Source: Planctomycetota bacterium
Lineage (GTDB): Bacteria; Planctomycetota; Planctomycetia; Gemmatales; Gemmataceae
DNA: 64,000 bases
Assembly: GCA_017306025.1 (NCBI GenBank)
Contig: JAFKJJ010000540.1
Location: forward strand, 1,640-65,639
Direction of reading: 5' to 3'
The notes under the pieces were generated by a model. It was not told the origin of the DNA, ran no database searches, and saw only the letters and a list, made by a program, of their open reading frames with translations. Numbering within the stretch: position 1 is the stretch's first letter; every line of letters begins with the position of its first letter. Shown in pieces: positions 20,361-30,783 of this stretch. Both the position numbers and the translations under genes were made by a program.

Positions 20361-21406
20361 TACCAGCCCAACCCCTTGGTGGTCGTCTTGACGCGGGTGA
20401 GCTTGTCGTTGGTGCAGAGGTACAGTACCGTGCCGTCGTCGCCCCAACCGCAGTTGGCGGTCTTGTCGTTGGTGACGATGCGGCCGATGAGCGTGTGGTC
20501 CGGAGAGAACACGTACACGCCGTTGACCGCGGTGGCAAAGATGTTGCCCTTCGCGTCCACCTTCAGGCCGTCGGGCAGCCCCTTCATCGCGGCGGTGGCG
20601 GCCACGTCGGCGGTCGCGTCGTGGATCACCTTGCCCTTGCCGAGTGCCCCGTCGGCGTTGATGGGGAACGCCATCCAGATCGCCTTATCCGGGTCGGAGT
20701 TGGCGACGTAAAGCGTCTTCTCGTCCGGCGAGAGCGCGATGCCGTTGGGCCGGCTCATTTCTTTCGTCAGGAGAGTAAGTTCGCCCTTCGCGGAGAGCCG
20801 GTAGACGCCCTGGAAGTCGAGCTCCTTCTTGGGGTCCTTCATCTGCCCCGGCAGGCCGTAGGGCGGGTCGGTGAAGTACAGGTCGCCGTTCCTGGCGAAG
20901 ACGAGATCGTTGGGGCTGTTGAACCGCTTGCCCGTGTACTTGTCCACGATCGTCTCGAACGACTTGCCGTCCTTGGCGAGCCGGGCGACCCGGCGGTCTC
21001 CGTGCTGACAGAGGACCAGGTTGCCGTGGGCGTCGAAGGCCAGCCCGTTCGACCCCGGCTCGGCGCCCTTGAACTCTTCCTTCCCCGTATAACCGCTCGG
21101 GCGGAGGAAGTCCTTCACGCCGTCCTTCGCGGACCAGCTCACGACGCGGTTGTTCGGGATGTCGGAGAACAGCAGCCGGTTGTGCTTCTTGTCCCACACG
21201 GCCCCTTCGGTCCACTTGAACCCGCCGGCGAGCACCTCGATCTTGGCGTCTTTGGGGATGAGGGCGTCGAGCTTGGGGTCCTTGCGGTCGATCGACCCGA
21301 GGGTCATGGGGAGTTTCGGCTCGGCGGCGGCGGCGCGCGGGGAGCGGGAGCCCCCGGCGGCCGCAACGGCAATCGCACAGGTGAGACAGGCGAATACGCG
21401 GAACAT
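20360..21406 (-). CDS. SMP-30/gluconolactonase/LRE family protein
   Basis: WTEGAVW, FSDIP, GSNGL, FNSPND, YFTDPPYG, PNGIALSPDE, PDGLKVD. Confidence 0.93.
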   Translation of the reverse strand: MFRVFACLTCAIAVAAAGGSRSPRAAAAEPKLPMTLGSIDRKDPKLDALIPKDAKIEVLAGGFKWTEGAVWDKKHNRLLFSDIPNNRVVSWSAKDGVKDFLRPSGYTGKEEFKGAEPGSNGLAFDAHGNLVLCQHGDRRVARLAKDGKSFETIVDKYTGKRFNSPNDLVFARNGDLYFTDPPYGLPGQMKDPKKELDFQGVYRLSAKGELTLLTKEMSRPNGIALSPDEKTLYVANSDPDKAIWMAFPINADGALGKGKVIHDATADVAATAAMKGLPDGLKVDAKGNIFATAVNGVYVFSPDHTLIGRIVTNDKTANCGWGDDGTVLYLCTNDKLTRVKTTTKGLGW

Positions 21407-21644
21407 GGGGTGAGATCTCCGGGGGCGGGCGGCGAACGGGTGACGATCGGGAGTGGGGCAGACCCGCACGGCGACATGGTATCCGCGCCGCGCGGGCTTG
21501 CAAGCGGGTGTGAAGAATCCGCGAGATCGCCGCGGCACGTGTGGCGATTCCAAGAAGAATGCGCTATCCCGCGGCGCGGGCGGTCGTTAGGATTTTCCCC
21601 AATCTCCTCCGCCGTTCCCGCCGTTTAAGCCGAGGTTCCGGTAT

Positions 21645-23243
21645 ATGGCCGAGCCGTATCGCGTCATGCTCATCGCCTGGGTGCTCGTCGGCGTCTGGAT
21701 CGCCTTCGTCATCTACACGAACCGCAAGGTTCACCCCAAGGCGCTGTTCTTCCTGTTCATGGTCGAACTGTGGGAGCGGTTCAGCTATTACGGGATGCGC
21801 GCCCTGCTGGTGCTGTACCTGACATCCGAGACGATCAAAGGCGGCTTCGGGCTTGAGGAGAAGCTGGCCGTCGCCATCTATGCGGCGTACGGCGCCCTGG
21901 TGTACCTGACCCCCCTGGCCGGCGGGTACCTCGCGGACCGCCTGCTCGGGTTCCGCAAGTCGATCATCTGGGGGGCGCTGCTGATGGCCGCCGGTCAGTT
22001 CACCCTCGCGTCGAGTACCGGGAACAAGTACCTGCTGTACGCCGGCCTTGCGCTGCTCGTGATCGGAAACGGGTTCTTCAAGCCGAACATTTCCAGTCTG
22101 ATCGGGAAGTTCTACCCGGCGGGCGACCCGCGGCGCGACGGGGCCTTCACCATCTTCTACATGGGCATCAACATCGGGGCGTTCCTCACCCCGCTCACGT
22201 GCGGAACGATCGGCGAGCTGGAGGGGTGGAGCTACGGCTTTCTGTGCGCCGGCATCGGAATGCTCGTGGGTCTGGGCACCTTCCTGTACACCGTTTCGAT
22301 CGGCGTCCTCGGGCACCACGCCGACCCGCCGAGCGCACCGCCGGTGTCGATGGCGGCGCGCGAGCCCGGCGACGTTGCCGAGGCGCCGACCGGTCCCCCA
22401 CATCCCGGCGCGCCCCCGGCCGGATCGCCGCTGTTCGTTTACGTCGGCACGCTGCTGATGATCCCGGTCGCCGGGTTGCTCATCTACCAGAACGACGTGA
22501 TGGACTACCTGCTCGGCGCGGTCGGCCTCGGGGCGATCGGGTACATGCTCTACCTCTCGTTCCAGTACCCGAAGGAAGAGCGACAGCGGATGTGGGTCAT
22601 TATCGTGCTGCTGTTCTTTACCGCGGTGTTCTGGACGTTCTTCGAACTCGCCGGCAGCGCGCTGACCCTGTTCACCAAGCGAAACGTGGACCGCAACTTC
22701 CTCGGCGTCGAACTCACGACGAGCAACTTCCAGGCGGTGAACGCGTTCTTCATCATGCTGTTCGCACCGGTCTTCTCGGTGATGTGGGTGCAACTGGCGA
22801 AGAAGGGGTGGGAGCCGAATGCGGCGGTCAAATTCGCCATCGGCCTGTTGCTCCTGGGCGGCGGCTTCCTGATCCTCAACCTCGGCAAGGCGGCGGCGAC
22901 CGCGGCGATGGTTCCGGCGCTGTTCCTGATCCTCCTTTACCTGCTCCACACGCTCGGCGAGTTGGCCCTCTCGCCGGTCGGGCTGTCGCTCGTCACGAAG
23001 CTCGCGCCGGCGAAGATCGTCGGGTTCATGATGGGCTTCTGGTTCCTGTCCTCGGCCATCGCACACCAGGCGGGGAAGTGGATCGCCGGTGAGGCCGCGG
23101 CGGACAAGGACGCGACCCCGGAGCAGACGCTCGACCTCGCGCTGAGCGTGTTCAACCAGGTCGGCCTGTTCGCGATCGGGTCGGGGGTACTGTTGCTGGT
23201 GCTCTCGCCGGTCCTGAAGAAGTGGATGCACGGCGTCAAGTGA
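21645..23243 (+). CDS. Proton-dependent oligopeptide (POT/PTR) MFS transporter
   Basis: ELWERFSYYGMR (ExxERFxYY), GNGFFKPNIS, FYMGINIG, GELALSPVGLS. Confidence 0.95.
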   Translation: MAEPYRVMLIAWVLVGVWIAFVIYTNRKVHPKALFFLFMVELWERFSYYGMRALLVLYLTSETIKGGFGLEEKLAVAIYAAYGALVYLTPLAGGYLADRLLGFRKSIIWGALLMAAGQFTLASSTGNKYLLYAGLALLVIGNGFFKPNISSLIGKFYPAGDPRRDGAFTIFYMGINIGAFLTPLTCGTIGELEGWSYGFLCAGIGMLVGLGTFLYTVSIGVLGHHADPPSAPPVSMAAREPGDVAEAPTGPPHPGAPPAGSPLFVYVGTLLMIPVAGLLIYQNDVMDYLLGAVGLGAIGYMLYLSFQYPKEERQRMWVIIVLLFFTAVFWTFFELAGSALTLFTKRNVDRNFLGVELTTSNFQAVNAFFIMLFAPVFSVMWVQLAKKGWEPNAAVKFAIGLLLLGGGFLILNLGKAAATAAMVPALFLILLYLLHTLGELALSPVGLSLVTKLAPAKIVGFMMGFWFLSSAIAHQAGKWIAGEAAADKDATPEQTLDLALSVFNQVGLFAIGSGVLLLVLSPVLKKWMHGVK

Positions 23244-23248
23244 CGTGC

Positions 23249-23569
23249 TCAGTACCGCGGCACGCCCGGATCGACCGTCAGCGACCAGCGGTCGATCCCC
23301 CCGGCCAGCGACGCGGCCTCGATCCCGGCGCGCCGGAGGATCGCGGCGCCGCTCAGGCTCCGGACGCCGTGGTGGCAGTACACCACCACGAGCGCCCCCT
23401 CCGGTTGCACCTCCTCGACCCGCCCCATCAACTCGCCGAGCGGGATCAGCACGCTCCCCGGCAGCGCGCAGAACACGTGCTCCTCCGGCTGCCGCACGTC
23501 CACCAACAGCACCGGGCGGCCGGAGTCGATCAGGGCCTTCAGTTCGGCCGGCTGGATCTGCGCGATCAT
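23249..23569 (-). CDS. Single-domain rhodanese/sulfurtransferase
   Basis: LVDVRQPEE, VVYCHHGVRS, LAGGIDRWS..VDP.VPRY. ATGA-coupled to ybeY. Confidence 0.9.
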   Translation of the reverse strand: MIAQIQPAELKALIDSGRPVLLVDVRQPEEHVFCALPGSVLIPLGELMGRVEEVQPEGALVVVYCHHGVRSLSGAAILRRAGIEAASLAGGIDRWSLTVDPGVPRY

Positions 23570-24000
23570 GCGATGTCCGGGAGGTTCAGTTTGGTGAGGT
23601 ACTCGCGCTCTTTCGCGCGCATCTCGCGCTCGCCCGCGGCGTCGGTGTCGGTGTAGCCGCACAGGTGCAGGCACCCGTGGATCACGTACAGGAGCAGTTC
23701 GAGGCTCACGTCGTGCTTCCGGTCGTCCGCGTACTCCTTCGCGATCTCGTAGCCGATCACCACCTCGCCCTCGAGCGCCTTCGCGCCCGGGTCGGTGTAC
23801 GGGAACGTCAGCACGTCGGTCGGCTCGTCGTGGTTCAGGAACTGCCGGTTCAGCCGGTGGATGTGCGGATTGTCGACGAAGGCGAGCGTCACCTTGCACG
23901 CCCTGACGCCCTCGCCCTCGAACACGGCCCGCGCCGCATCCTTGAGCTTCTGGAACTCCAGCGGGTACTCGTACGGGTTGGCAATTGAGACGCGCAGCAT
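23566..24000 (-). CDS. ybeY: rRNA maturation RNase YbeY
   Basis: LNRQFL.HDEPTDVLTF, HGCLHLCGY.D. Confidence 0.93.
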   Translation of the reverse strand: MLRVSIANPYEYPLEFQKLKDAARAVFEGEGVRACKVTLAFVDNPHIHRLNRQFLNHDEPTDVLTFPYTDPGAKALEGEVVIGYEIAKEYADDRKHDVSLELLLYVIHGCLHLCGYTDTDAAGEREMRAKEREYLTKLNLPDIA

Positions 24001-24118
24001 GATGGGGATTATAGCGGAACGCGGTCGGGCTTTTTTCACCCCGTCGCGGTGCGGTATCCTGTTGAGTCAAACGGCCCGCCGTCTTCCCGAAGATCCGACA
24101 CCACGGAGGGTGTTCACC

Positions 24119-26443
24119 GTGACCGACCCGGTTCTCGCTTCGCCCGGTGCTCCGCCGGGCCGGTTCCTGGCTGACCGCCGCACGCTCGCACTGTTCCTCA
24201 TCAGCGCCGTCGGGCTGTTCCTCGAACTGCTCCTCATTCGCTGGATCGGGACCGAGATCCGCATCTTCGCGTACCTCCAGAACACCGTGCTGGTGGTCTG
24301 CTTCCTCGGCCTGGGGATGGGCTGCTGGGACTGCCGCAAGCCGTTCGCGCTCCGCGACGTGCTCCGGCCGCTCGGCCTCCTGGTCGCGGTCCTCGCGGTG
24401 CCGACGACGCGGGCCGCGGTCGGCGAAATCAGCACGCTCCTCGGCGGGTTTCAGGATTTCCTGATCTGGGACCCGTCCGCGTCCGCTACCGACGGCGCGG
24501 TGCGGGTCCTGAAGCCGCTCGCGGGCCTGGTCCTCACGCTCGGGCTGATGGCGCTCCTGTGGGCCTGCTTCGTGCCGGTCGGGCGGCTGCTCGGCCGGCT
24601 CATGAGCGACCACCCCGACACGATCTGGGCCTATTCGGCCAACGTCGCGGGCAGCCTGGTCGGCATCTGGTTGTTCGTGGCCGCCAGCGCGCTGTACCTG
24701 CCGCCGGTGGCGTGGTTCGGGGCGTTCGCTCTGGGCGCCGCGGTGTTCGCCGGCACCGGCGGCCGGTCGCGCCGCAACGACCTCGCGGCACTGGCCGCGG
24801 TGGTGGCGCTGGCGGCCGTGGCGGGCTTCGAACCGGCCTTCGAGGACACCCGCTGGACCCCGTACCAAAAGCTCTCGTACCGCGACCAGGACGCCGTCAC
24901 CGGCGTGCGCGCGCGGTGGCAGAAGTGGCTGCTCGGCGAGCGCCGCGGGTTCGTCGCGGGGCCGGGGCAGACGTTCATCGCGGTGAACAACACCGGCTAC
25001 CAGGCGACGATCGACCTGCGGCCCGAGACCGTCGCGGCGAACCCGACGAAGTACCCGCCCGAACTCCGCGGGTACTCGCAGTACGACCTGCCGGCCCGGT
25101 TCCACGCGAACCCCGAGCGGGCGCTGGTGGTCGGGGCCGGCAGCGGCAACGACGCGGCCGGGCTCCTGCGGAACGGGCTGAAGCGCGTGGTCGCGGTGGA
25201 GATCGACCCCGGGATCATCGAGATCGGCCGCGCGCGGCACGCGGAGAAGCCGTACGACGACCCGCGGTGCGTCGTGGTCAACGACGACGCCCGCGGCTAC
25301 TTCGCGACCTGCGGCGAGCGGTTCGACGTGATCGCCTTCGGGCTGCTCGACTCGCACACCACCAACGCGATGACCAACGCCCGGCTCGACCACTACGTCT
25401 ACACGGTCGAGAGCCTGACCCGCGCCCGAGAGCTGCTCGCCCCGGGCGGGGTGATGGTGCTGAGCTTCGAGGCGCAGAAGCCGTACATCGCCGACCGCAT
25501 GGCCGGGGCGCTGGAGCGGGCGTTCGGGCACGAGCCGCTGGTGTTCCGCGTGCCCGGGAGCAGCTACGGCTGGGGCGGGCTCCTGTTCGTCATCGGCAAC
25601 GACCAGGGGGCGATCGCCGGCCGCGTCGCGGCCGATCCGAAGCTCGCGGGGCTGATCGGTGACTGGCGGACGGGCGCCCCCCGGCTGACGGGCGCGACGC
25701 GGCTGGCGACCGACGACTGGCCGTACATCTACCTCGAAGAGCCCACGATCCCGGTCCTCTACTACCTGCTCGCGGGCACGCTCGCGGTGCTGTTCGTCGG
25801 CGGGCTGCTGCGCCTGAAGCTGACGCCGGCCCTGAAGGCGTGGGGCGGTTCGAGCTGGCACTTCTTCTTCCTGGGCGCCGCGTTCATGCTCCTGGAAGTG
25901 CAGAACGTGAGCAAGGCGGCGGTGGTGCTGGGCAACACGTGGGCGGTGAACGCGGTCATCATCTCCGGTGTGATGGTGATGATCCTGCTGGCGAACCTGG
26001 TCGCGGCCCGCTTCCCGCGGCTCCCGCTCCTGCCGGTTTACGGGCTGCTCGTGTCGTCCTGCGTCGGGCTGTACTTCCTCGACCTGTCGCGGTTCGCGTT
26101 CCTGCCGTACCCGACCAAGGCGCTCGTCGTCGGGTTGCTCACGAGCCTGCCGATGCTCTTCAGCGGGGTGGTGTTCATCCGCTCGTTCGCGGTCACCGAC
26201 CGGAAGGACGCGGCGCTGGGCGCGAACCTGATGGGCTCACTGGTCGGCGGGCTGTTGCAGTCGGTGACGTTCGTGATCGGGATCAAGGCGCTGCTGCTGA
26301 TCGTCGCGGGGCTGTACCTGGTGGCGATCCTGACGCGGCCGAAGCGCGCGGCGACGTCCGGACCGACGGCGGAGACGGTTGCGGCGCGGATCGTGGTCGC
26401 TGCGGAAAAGGCGGAGCGGGCGGAAGAAGCCGTCGAGGTGTGA
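24119..26443 (+). CDS. Membrane-embedded spermidine-synthase-like SAM-dependent enzyme
   Basis: N- and C-terminal TM bundles around LVVGAGSGND, VAVEIDP, DDAR, ATDDWPYIYL. GGAGG RBS. Confidence 0.85.
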   Translation: MTDPVLASPGAPPGRFLADRRTLALFLISAVGLFLELLLIRWIGTEIRIFAYLQNTVLVVCFLGLGMGCWDCRKPFALRDVLRPLGLLVAVLAVPTTRAAVGEISTLLGGFQDFLIWDPSASATDGAVRVLKPLAGLVLTLGLMALLWACFVPVGRLLGRLMSDHPDTIWAYSANVAGSLVGIWLFVAASALYLPPVAWFGAFALGAAVFAGTGGRSRRNDLAALAAVVALAAVAGFEPAFEDTRWTPYQKLSYRDQDAVTGVRARWQKWLLGERRGFVAGPGQTFIAVNNTGYQATIDLRPETVAANPTKYPPELRGYSQYDLPARFHANPERALVVGAGSGNDAAGLLRNGLKRVVAVEIDPGIIEIGRARHAEKPYDDPRCVVVNDDARGYFATCGERFDVIAFGLLDSHTTNAMTNARLDHYVYTVESLTRARELLAPGGVMVLSFEAQKPYIADRMAGALERAFGHEPLVFRVPGSSYGWGGLLFVIGNDQGAIAGRVAADPKLAGLIGDWRTGAPRLTGATRLATDDWPYIYLEEPTIPVLYYLLAGTLAVLFVGGLLRLKLTPALKAWGGSSWHFFFLGAAFMLLEVQNVSKAAVVLGNTWAVNAVIISGVMVMILLANLVAARFPRLPLLPVYGLLVSSCVGLYFLDLSRFAFLPYPTKALVVGLLTSLPMLFSGVVFIRSFAVTDRKDAALGANLMGSLVGGLLQSVTFVIGIKALLLIVAGLYLVAILTRPKRAATSGPTAETVAARIVVAAEKAERAEEAVEV

Positions 26444-26546
26444 GAGAGACGCGCGCGGCCCGAGGATACCTCCGGCCGCGCGCCTTGAGGGTGATCCCCT
26501 CGTACCGGGTCCACGGGCCGCTCCACCGCCGGTCAGACGAAAGTAA

Positions 26547-26657
26547 CCGGACGTCGCAGATTCCCCACCTCGTACCCGTACAGTACCCTCACTAACGGGA
26601 ACCGGCGTCCGCATGTGGTGCCGGACGTCGCAAGTTCCCTATCTCGTACCCGTACAG
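26547..26657. repeat. Two 37-bp direct repeats separated by a 37-bp spacer
   Basis: CCGGACGTCGCAGATTCCCCACCTCGTACCCGTACAG (26547-26583) vs CCGGACGTCGCAAGTTCCCTATCTCGTACCCGTACAG (26621-26657), 33/37 identical. Confidence 0.85.
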
Positions 26658-26731
26658 CCCGAAGCAGCTTCCGCGGGTTCACTCGCGGCCCCGTCCCGAA
26701 GACGGGGCCGCTCCGCGGACCGGAGCCGCGC

Positions 26732-27466
26732 ATGTTCGCCGCAGACCCCGCGGTCCTCCCGGTGGTCGGAATCGTCTTCGCGGCCACCGTGGTCCGGTCC
26801 GCGTTCGGGTTCGGCGCGGCGCTCGTCGCCGTACCGCTGCTGGCCCTCGTCATCCCCGTCGCGGTCGCGGTCCCGCTCGCCGTTCTGCTCTCGATCACGG
26901 TCGCCGGGCTGATCCTGGCCCGGGACTGGCGAAAGGTCCACGCCCGGAGCGCCTGGTGGCTGGTCCTGCCCACCCTGTTCGGAATCCCGATCGGCCTTCT
27001 CGTGCTGACCGAGGTCCACCCGCCGGTGGTGAAGGGCGCGATGGCGGCCGTCATCATCGCGTTCTCCGGCTACTGCCTGTTCGGCCGCCGGAAGCCGCAC
27101 CTCCCGGACGACCGGTTCGCGTGGGCGTTCGGGCTCGGCGCCGGGGTGCTGGGCGGGGCGTACGGGATGAACGGGCCACCGCTGGTGGTCTACGCGACCC
27201 TCCGCGGGTGGGCGCCGGAGCACTTCCGGGCCACCCTCCAGGGGTACTTCCTGCCGGCGAGCGCGGCCGGCATGTGCGCGTTCTGGGCGGCCGGGTTGTG
27301 GGGGGCCGAGGTGACGCGATACTACCTGTGGTGCCTCGCGCCCGCGGCCGTGGCGGTCGCCGTCGGGCGGGTCGCCAACCAGCGCATGCGCGTCGACGCG
27401 TTCGCGCGCTACGTCCACCTCGGGCTGATCGGGATCGGGATACTCCTGCTGGTCCAGTCGGTGTGA
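26732..27466 (+). CDS. TauE/SafE family sulfite exporter
   Basis: GFGAALVAVPLL, GVLGGAYGMNGPPLV, FRATLQGYF; multi-TM. Confidence 0.88.
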   Translation: MFAADPAVLPVVGIVFAATVVRSAFGFGAALVAVPLLALVIPVAVAVPLAVLLSITVAGLILARDWRKVHARSAWWLVLPTLFGIPIGLLVLTEVHPPVVKGAMAAVIIAFSGYCLFGRRKPHLPDDRFAWAFGLGAGVLGGAYGMNGPPLVVYATLRGWAPEHFRATLQGYFLPASAAGMCAFWAAGLWGAEVTRYYLWCLAPAAVAVAVGRVANQRMRVDAFARYVHLGLIGIGILLLVQSV

Positions 27467-27504
27467 GCGAGTTTCGTTCGCCGGATGCGAAGCGGAGGCG
27501 CGAG

Positions 27505-28539
27505 ATGCCCGGAGTGCGGTTCGGCCTGGTCGGCTACGGGGCGTGGGGGGGCCACCACGCGCGGGCGATCGCGTCCGTTCCCGGGGCGGAACTGGTCGCG
27601 ATCGCGGCCCACTCCGAGGTGAGCTGTGCGCGGGCCGGCGCCGACCACCCGGGCGCCCGCGTCTACGCCGATCACCGCGCCATGCTCGCGCAAGAACGGC
27701 TCGACGTCGCGGACGTGGTGCTCCCGTCCCACCTGCACCACGCGGTCGCGAAGGACGTGCTCCTCTCCGGCCGGCACCTCCTGCTCGAAAAGCCGATGGC
27801 GCTGAGCCTCGCTCAGTGCGACGAACTCGTCAGGCTGGCCCGCGAGCGGCAGCGAATCCTCGCCGTCGGGCACGAGCTCCGGCTGTCGCCGCTGTGGGGA
27901 CTGGCGAAGGAGCTGATCGACTCCGGCGCGATCGGCGAGCCGCGGTACGCTCTCATCGATCTGTGGCGGCGCCCGTACCGCCCCGGCTCCGACGACTGGC
28001 GGTACGACATCGGCCGCGTCGGGAGCTGGGTCCTGGAGGAGCCGATCCACTTCCTCGACCTCGCCCGCTGGTACTTTTCCGGGCTGGGCGAGCCGCTCTC
28101 GGTCTTCGCGAGCGCCAGCGGCAAGCGCCCCGACCGTCCGGAACTGCACGACAACTTCTCGGCGGTGCTCGCGTTCCCGCGCGGCGCGCACGCGGTCGTC
28201 ACGCAAACGCTCGGGGGCTGGGAGCACCACCAGACGGCACGCCTGACCGGCACCGAGGGGGCGCTGTGGGCGAGTTGGAGCGGCGCGACGGACCGGACCT
28301 TCGAGCCGACCTTCGGGCTGAAGCTCATGCGCGGCGACCGCGTGGAAGAGGTCGCGATCGCGAAGCCGCCGGGCGAGGTGTACGAGTTGGTCGAGCAGAT
28401 CGCGCGCGTCGCGCGGGCGGTCCGCGACGGTACGCCGGTGGCTTGCACCGGTGAGGACGGCTGCTGGTCGGTGGCGATGTGCCTCGCGGCGCAGGCGTCG
28501 ATCGGGTCCGGACGCCCCGTTCCGTTCGCGGAGGGCTGA
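27505..28539 (+). CDS. Gfo/Idh/MocA family oxidoreductase
   Basis: GLVGYGAWG, HLLLEKPMA, GHELR, EEPIHFLD. Confidence 0.9.
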   Translation: MPGVRFGLVGYGAWGGHHARAIASVPGAELVAIAAHSEVSCARAGADHPGARVYADHRAMLAQERLDVADVVLPSHLHHAVAKDVLLSGRHLLLEKPMALSLAQCDELVRLARERQRILAVGHELRLSPLWGLAKELIDSGAIGEPRYALIDLWRRPYRPGSDDWRYDIGRVGSWVLEEPIHFLDLARWYFSGLGEPLSVFASASGKRPDRPELHDNFSAVLAFPRGAHAVVTQTLGGWEHHQTARLTGTEGALWASWSGATDRTFEPTFGLKLMRGDRVEEVAIAKPPGEVYELVEQIARVARAVRDGTPVACTGEDGCWSVAMCLAAQASIGSGRPVPFAEG

Positions 28540-29793
28540 CCGCGCAACCGCCCTCGCCCGCACCGCCCGCCGCGTGGTACTCCGGCGTCACCCGCGCGCA
28601 GTGGGTCGTGCTCGCGGTCGCGTCGGCGGGGTGGGTGTTCGACGCCTTCGAGGGGCAGCTCTTCAACATCACCCGCGCCCACATGCTGCCGGAACTCCTC
28701 GGCACCGCGAAGGACGCGCCCGAAGTCTAGCGGTGGGGCGACCGGCTCCTCGCGGTGTTCCTCGCTGGCGGTACCGTCGGCGGCGTCCTCTTCGGCTCGC
28801 TCGCCGACCGCGTCGGCCGCAAGGCGACGATGGCGCTCACCATCCTCTTCTACTCGGTCTTCTCGGACCTGACATACTTCACGACCGAGCTGTGGCAGGT
28901 CGCGGTACTGCGGTTCCTGGTGGCGCTCGGGGTCGGCGGCGAGTGGGCGGTGGCCGCGGCGCTGGTGTCCGAAGTGTTCCCGCCGCGCGCCCGCGCGCAC
29001 GCCTCGGGCATCTCCCACGCCACGAGCGTGCTCGGCGCGTGGCTCGCGGCCCTCGCGTGGCTGGCGGTCGGCGCGGAGTGGCGGTACGCGTACCTCGTCG
29101 GGGTCGTCCCGGCGCTCCTGGTGCTGTGGGTGCGCGTCGGGGTACGGGAGCCGGAGCGCTGGGAGCGGGCGCGAACCTCCGAGCGCCGCGGGAGCTTCCG
29201 CGAACCGTTCGGCGCGTGGCGGTGGGCGAAGTCGGCGGTACTGGGTCTGTTGCTCGCGGCGGTCGGGCTGGGGACGTTCTGGGGCGTGACCGTGGCGGGA
29301 CAGGATCTCACCCAGGAGTTGCTGAAGCGCTCCGGCGCGCCCAGTTCGCCTACGGGATCGTGCAGGTGGCCGGGGCCGGGCTGGGGTTGCTCGCTTCGGC
29401 CCGCTCGCGGAACGGCTCGGCCGGCGCGGCGCGTTCGCGCTCATGCACGGCGCGGCGCTCGCGATCGTACCGGCCACGTGCTACCTGCCGCAGACGTATA
29501 CGCAGATGCTCTTCCTGCTGCCGTTCTACGGCTTCTTTACGGTCGGGATTCACTCGGGCTATGCGGTGTACTTTCCCGAACTCTTCCCGGACCACCTGCG
29601 AGCCACCGGGGTCGGCGTCTGTTTCAACGGCGGCCGACTGCTCGCGGCGCCGGTCCTGTGGCTCTCCGGCGACCTGAAGGCGTGGACCGGCGACCTCCGG
29701 TTCGCGGTCACGGCGCTCGGCGGCCTGTTCCTCGTCGGCCTCGTGCTGGTCTGGTTCCTGCCCGAGACGAAAGGGAAGCCGCTGCCCCAGTAG
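28536..29793 (+). pseudogene. Disrupted MFS transporter
   Basis: Recognisable pieces (GWVFDAFE, DRVGRK, LGVGGEW, YFPELFP..LRATG) interrupted by TAG at 28728-28730 and two frame changes near 29340 and 29395. Only CTG at the expected start. Confidence 0.85.
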
Positions 29794-29802
29794 AATAGCC
29801 CC

Positions 29803-30783
29803 ATGAACACCCCTTCTCTCGCGCTCGCCGGCGGCCGCCTGCCATCGGTCGGCCTGGGTTTCTGGAAAGTGCCGAAACACTCCGCGGCCGACCTCGTGCG
29901 ACAGGCGATTCGGACCGGCTACCGGCACCTCGACTGTGCCTGCGACTACGGCAACGAACCCGAGGTCGGCGCCGGTCTCGCGGCCGCCCTTGCGGCCGGC
30001 GAGTGTCGGCGCGACGAGCTGTGGGTCACGTCGAAGTTGTGGAACACCTACCACGCGCGGCCGCACGTCCGTCCCGCGGTGGAACGCACCCTGCGCGACC
30101 TCCGGCTCGATCACCTCGACCTCTACCTGATCCACTTCCCGATCGCGCAAGAGTTCGTGCCGTTCGAAGAGCGGTACCCGCCAGAGTGGTTCTTCGACCC
30201 GTCCGAGACGGCCCCGCGAATGAAGTTCGCCCGGGTTCCGCTGTCCGAGACCTGGTCGGCAATGGAAGACCTCGTGACGGCCGGTCTGGTGCGGCACATC
30301 GGCGTTTGCAACTACGGCGCCGCCCTGCTCCGCGATTTCCTTTCCTGTGCCCGCGTTCGCCCGGCGGTGCTTCAGGTCGAACTGCACCCGTATCTGGCGC
30401 AAGAGAAGCTCGTCCGGTTCGCCCGCGAAAACGGGATCGCGGTGACGGCGTTTTCCCCACTCGCCGCGCAATCGTACCACTCGATCGGAATGGCGGGCGC
30501 CGGCGAGTCGGTGCTGAACGAAGAAGCGGTGCGGACCGCGGCCGCGCGTCACGAGAAGACGCCCGCGCAGGTGGTGCTGCGGTGGGGCGTGCAGCGCGGA
30601 ACGGCGGTCGTTCCGAAGACGTCGCGCCCGGAACGGCTCGCGGAAAACCTCGCGCTGTTCGACTTCGAGTTGACCGCCGAGGAGATGGCCGCGATCAGCG
30701 CCCTCGACCGCAACCGCCGGTTCAACGACCCCGGCGTCTTCTGCGAGGCCGCGTTCAACACCTTCTGCCCGATCTACGAGTGA
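29803..30783 (+). CDS. Aldo/keto reductase (aldose/xylose reductase-like)
   Basis: GYRHLDCACDYGNE, LWVTSKLW, DLYLIHFP, IGVCNY, QVELHPY, VVPKTS. Confidence 0.93.
   Translation: MNTPSLALAGGRLPSVGLGFWKVPKHSAADLVRQAIRTGYRHLDCACDYGNEPEVGAGLAAALAAGECRRDELWVTSKLWNTYHARPHVRPAVERTLRDLRLDHLDLYLIHFPIAQEFVPFEERYPPEWFFDPSETAPRMKFARVPLSETWSAMEDLVTAGLVRHIGVCNYGAALLRDFLSCARVRPAVLQVELHPYLAQEKLVRFARENGIAVTAFSPLAAQSYHSIGMAGAGESVLNEEAVRTAAARHEKTPAQVVLRWGVQRGTAVVPKTSRPERLAENLALFDFELTAEEMAAISALDRNRRFNDPGVFCEAAFNTFCPIYE

Noticed and set aside
26547-26657. CRISPR array call
   Set aside because: Only two imperfect repeats, no leader and no cas genes in the window. Kept as an unexplained direct repeat.
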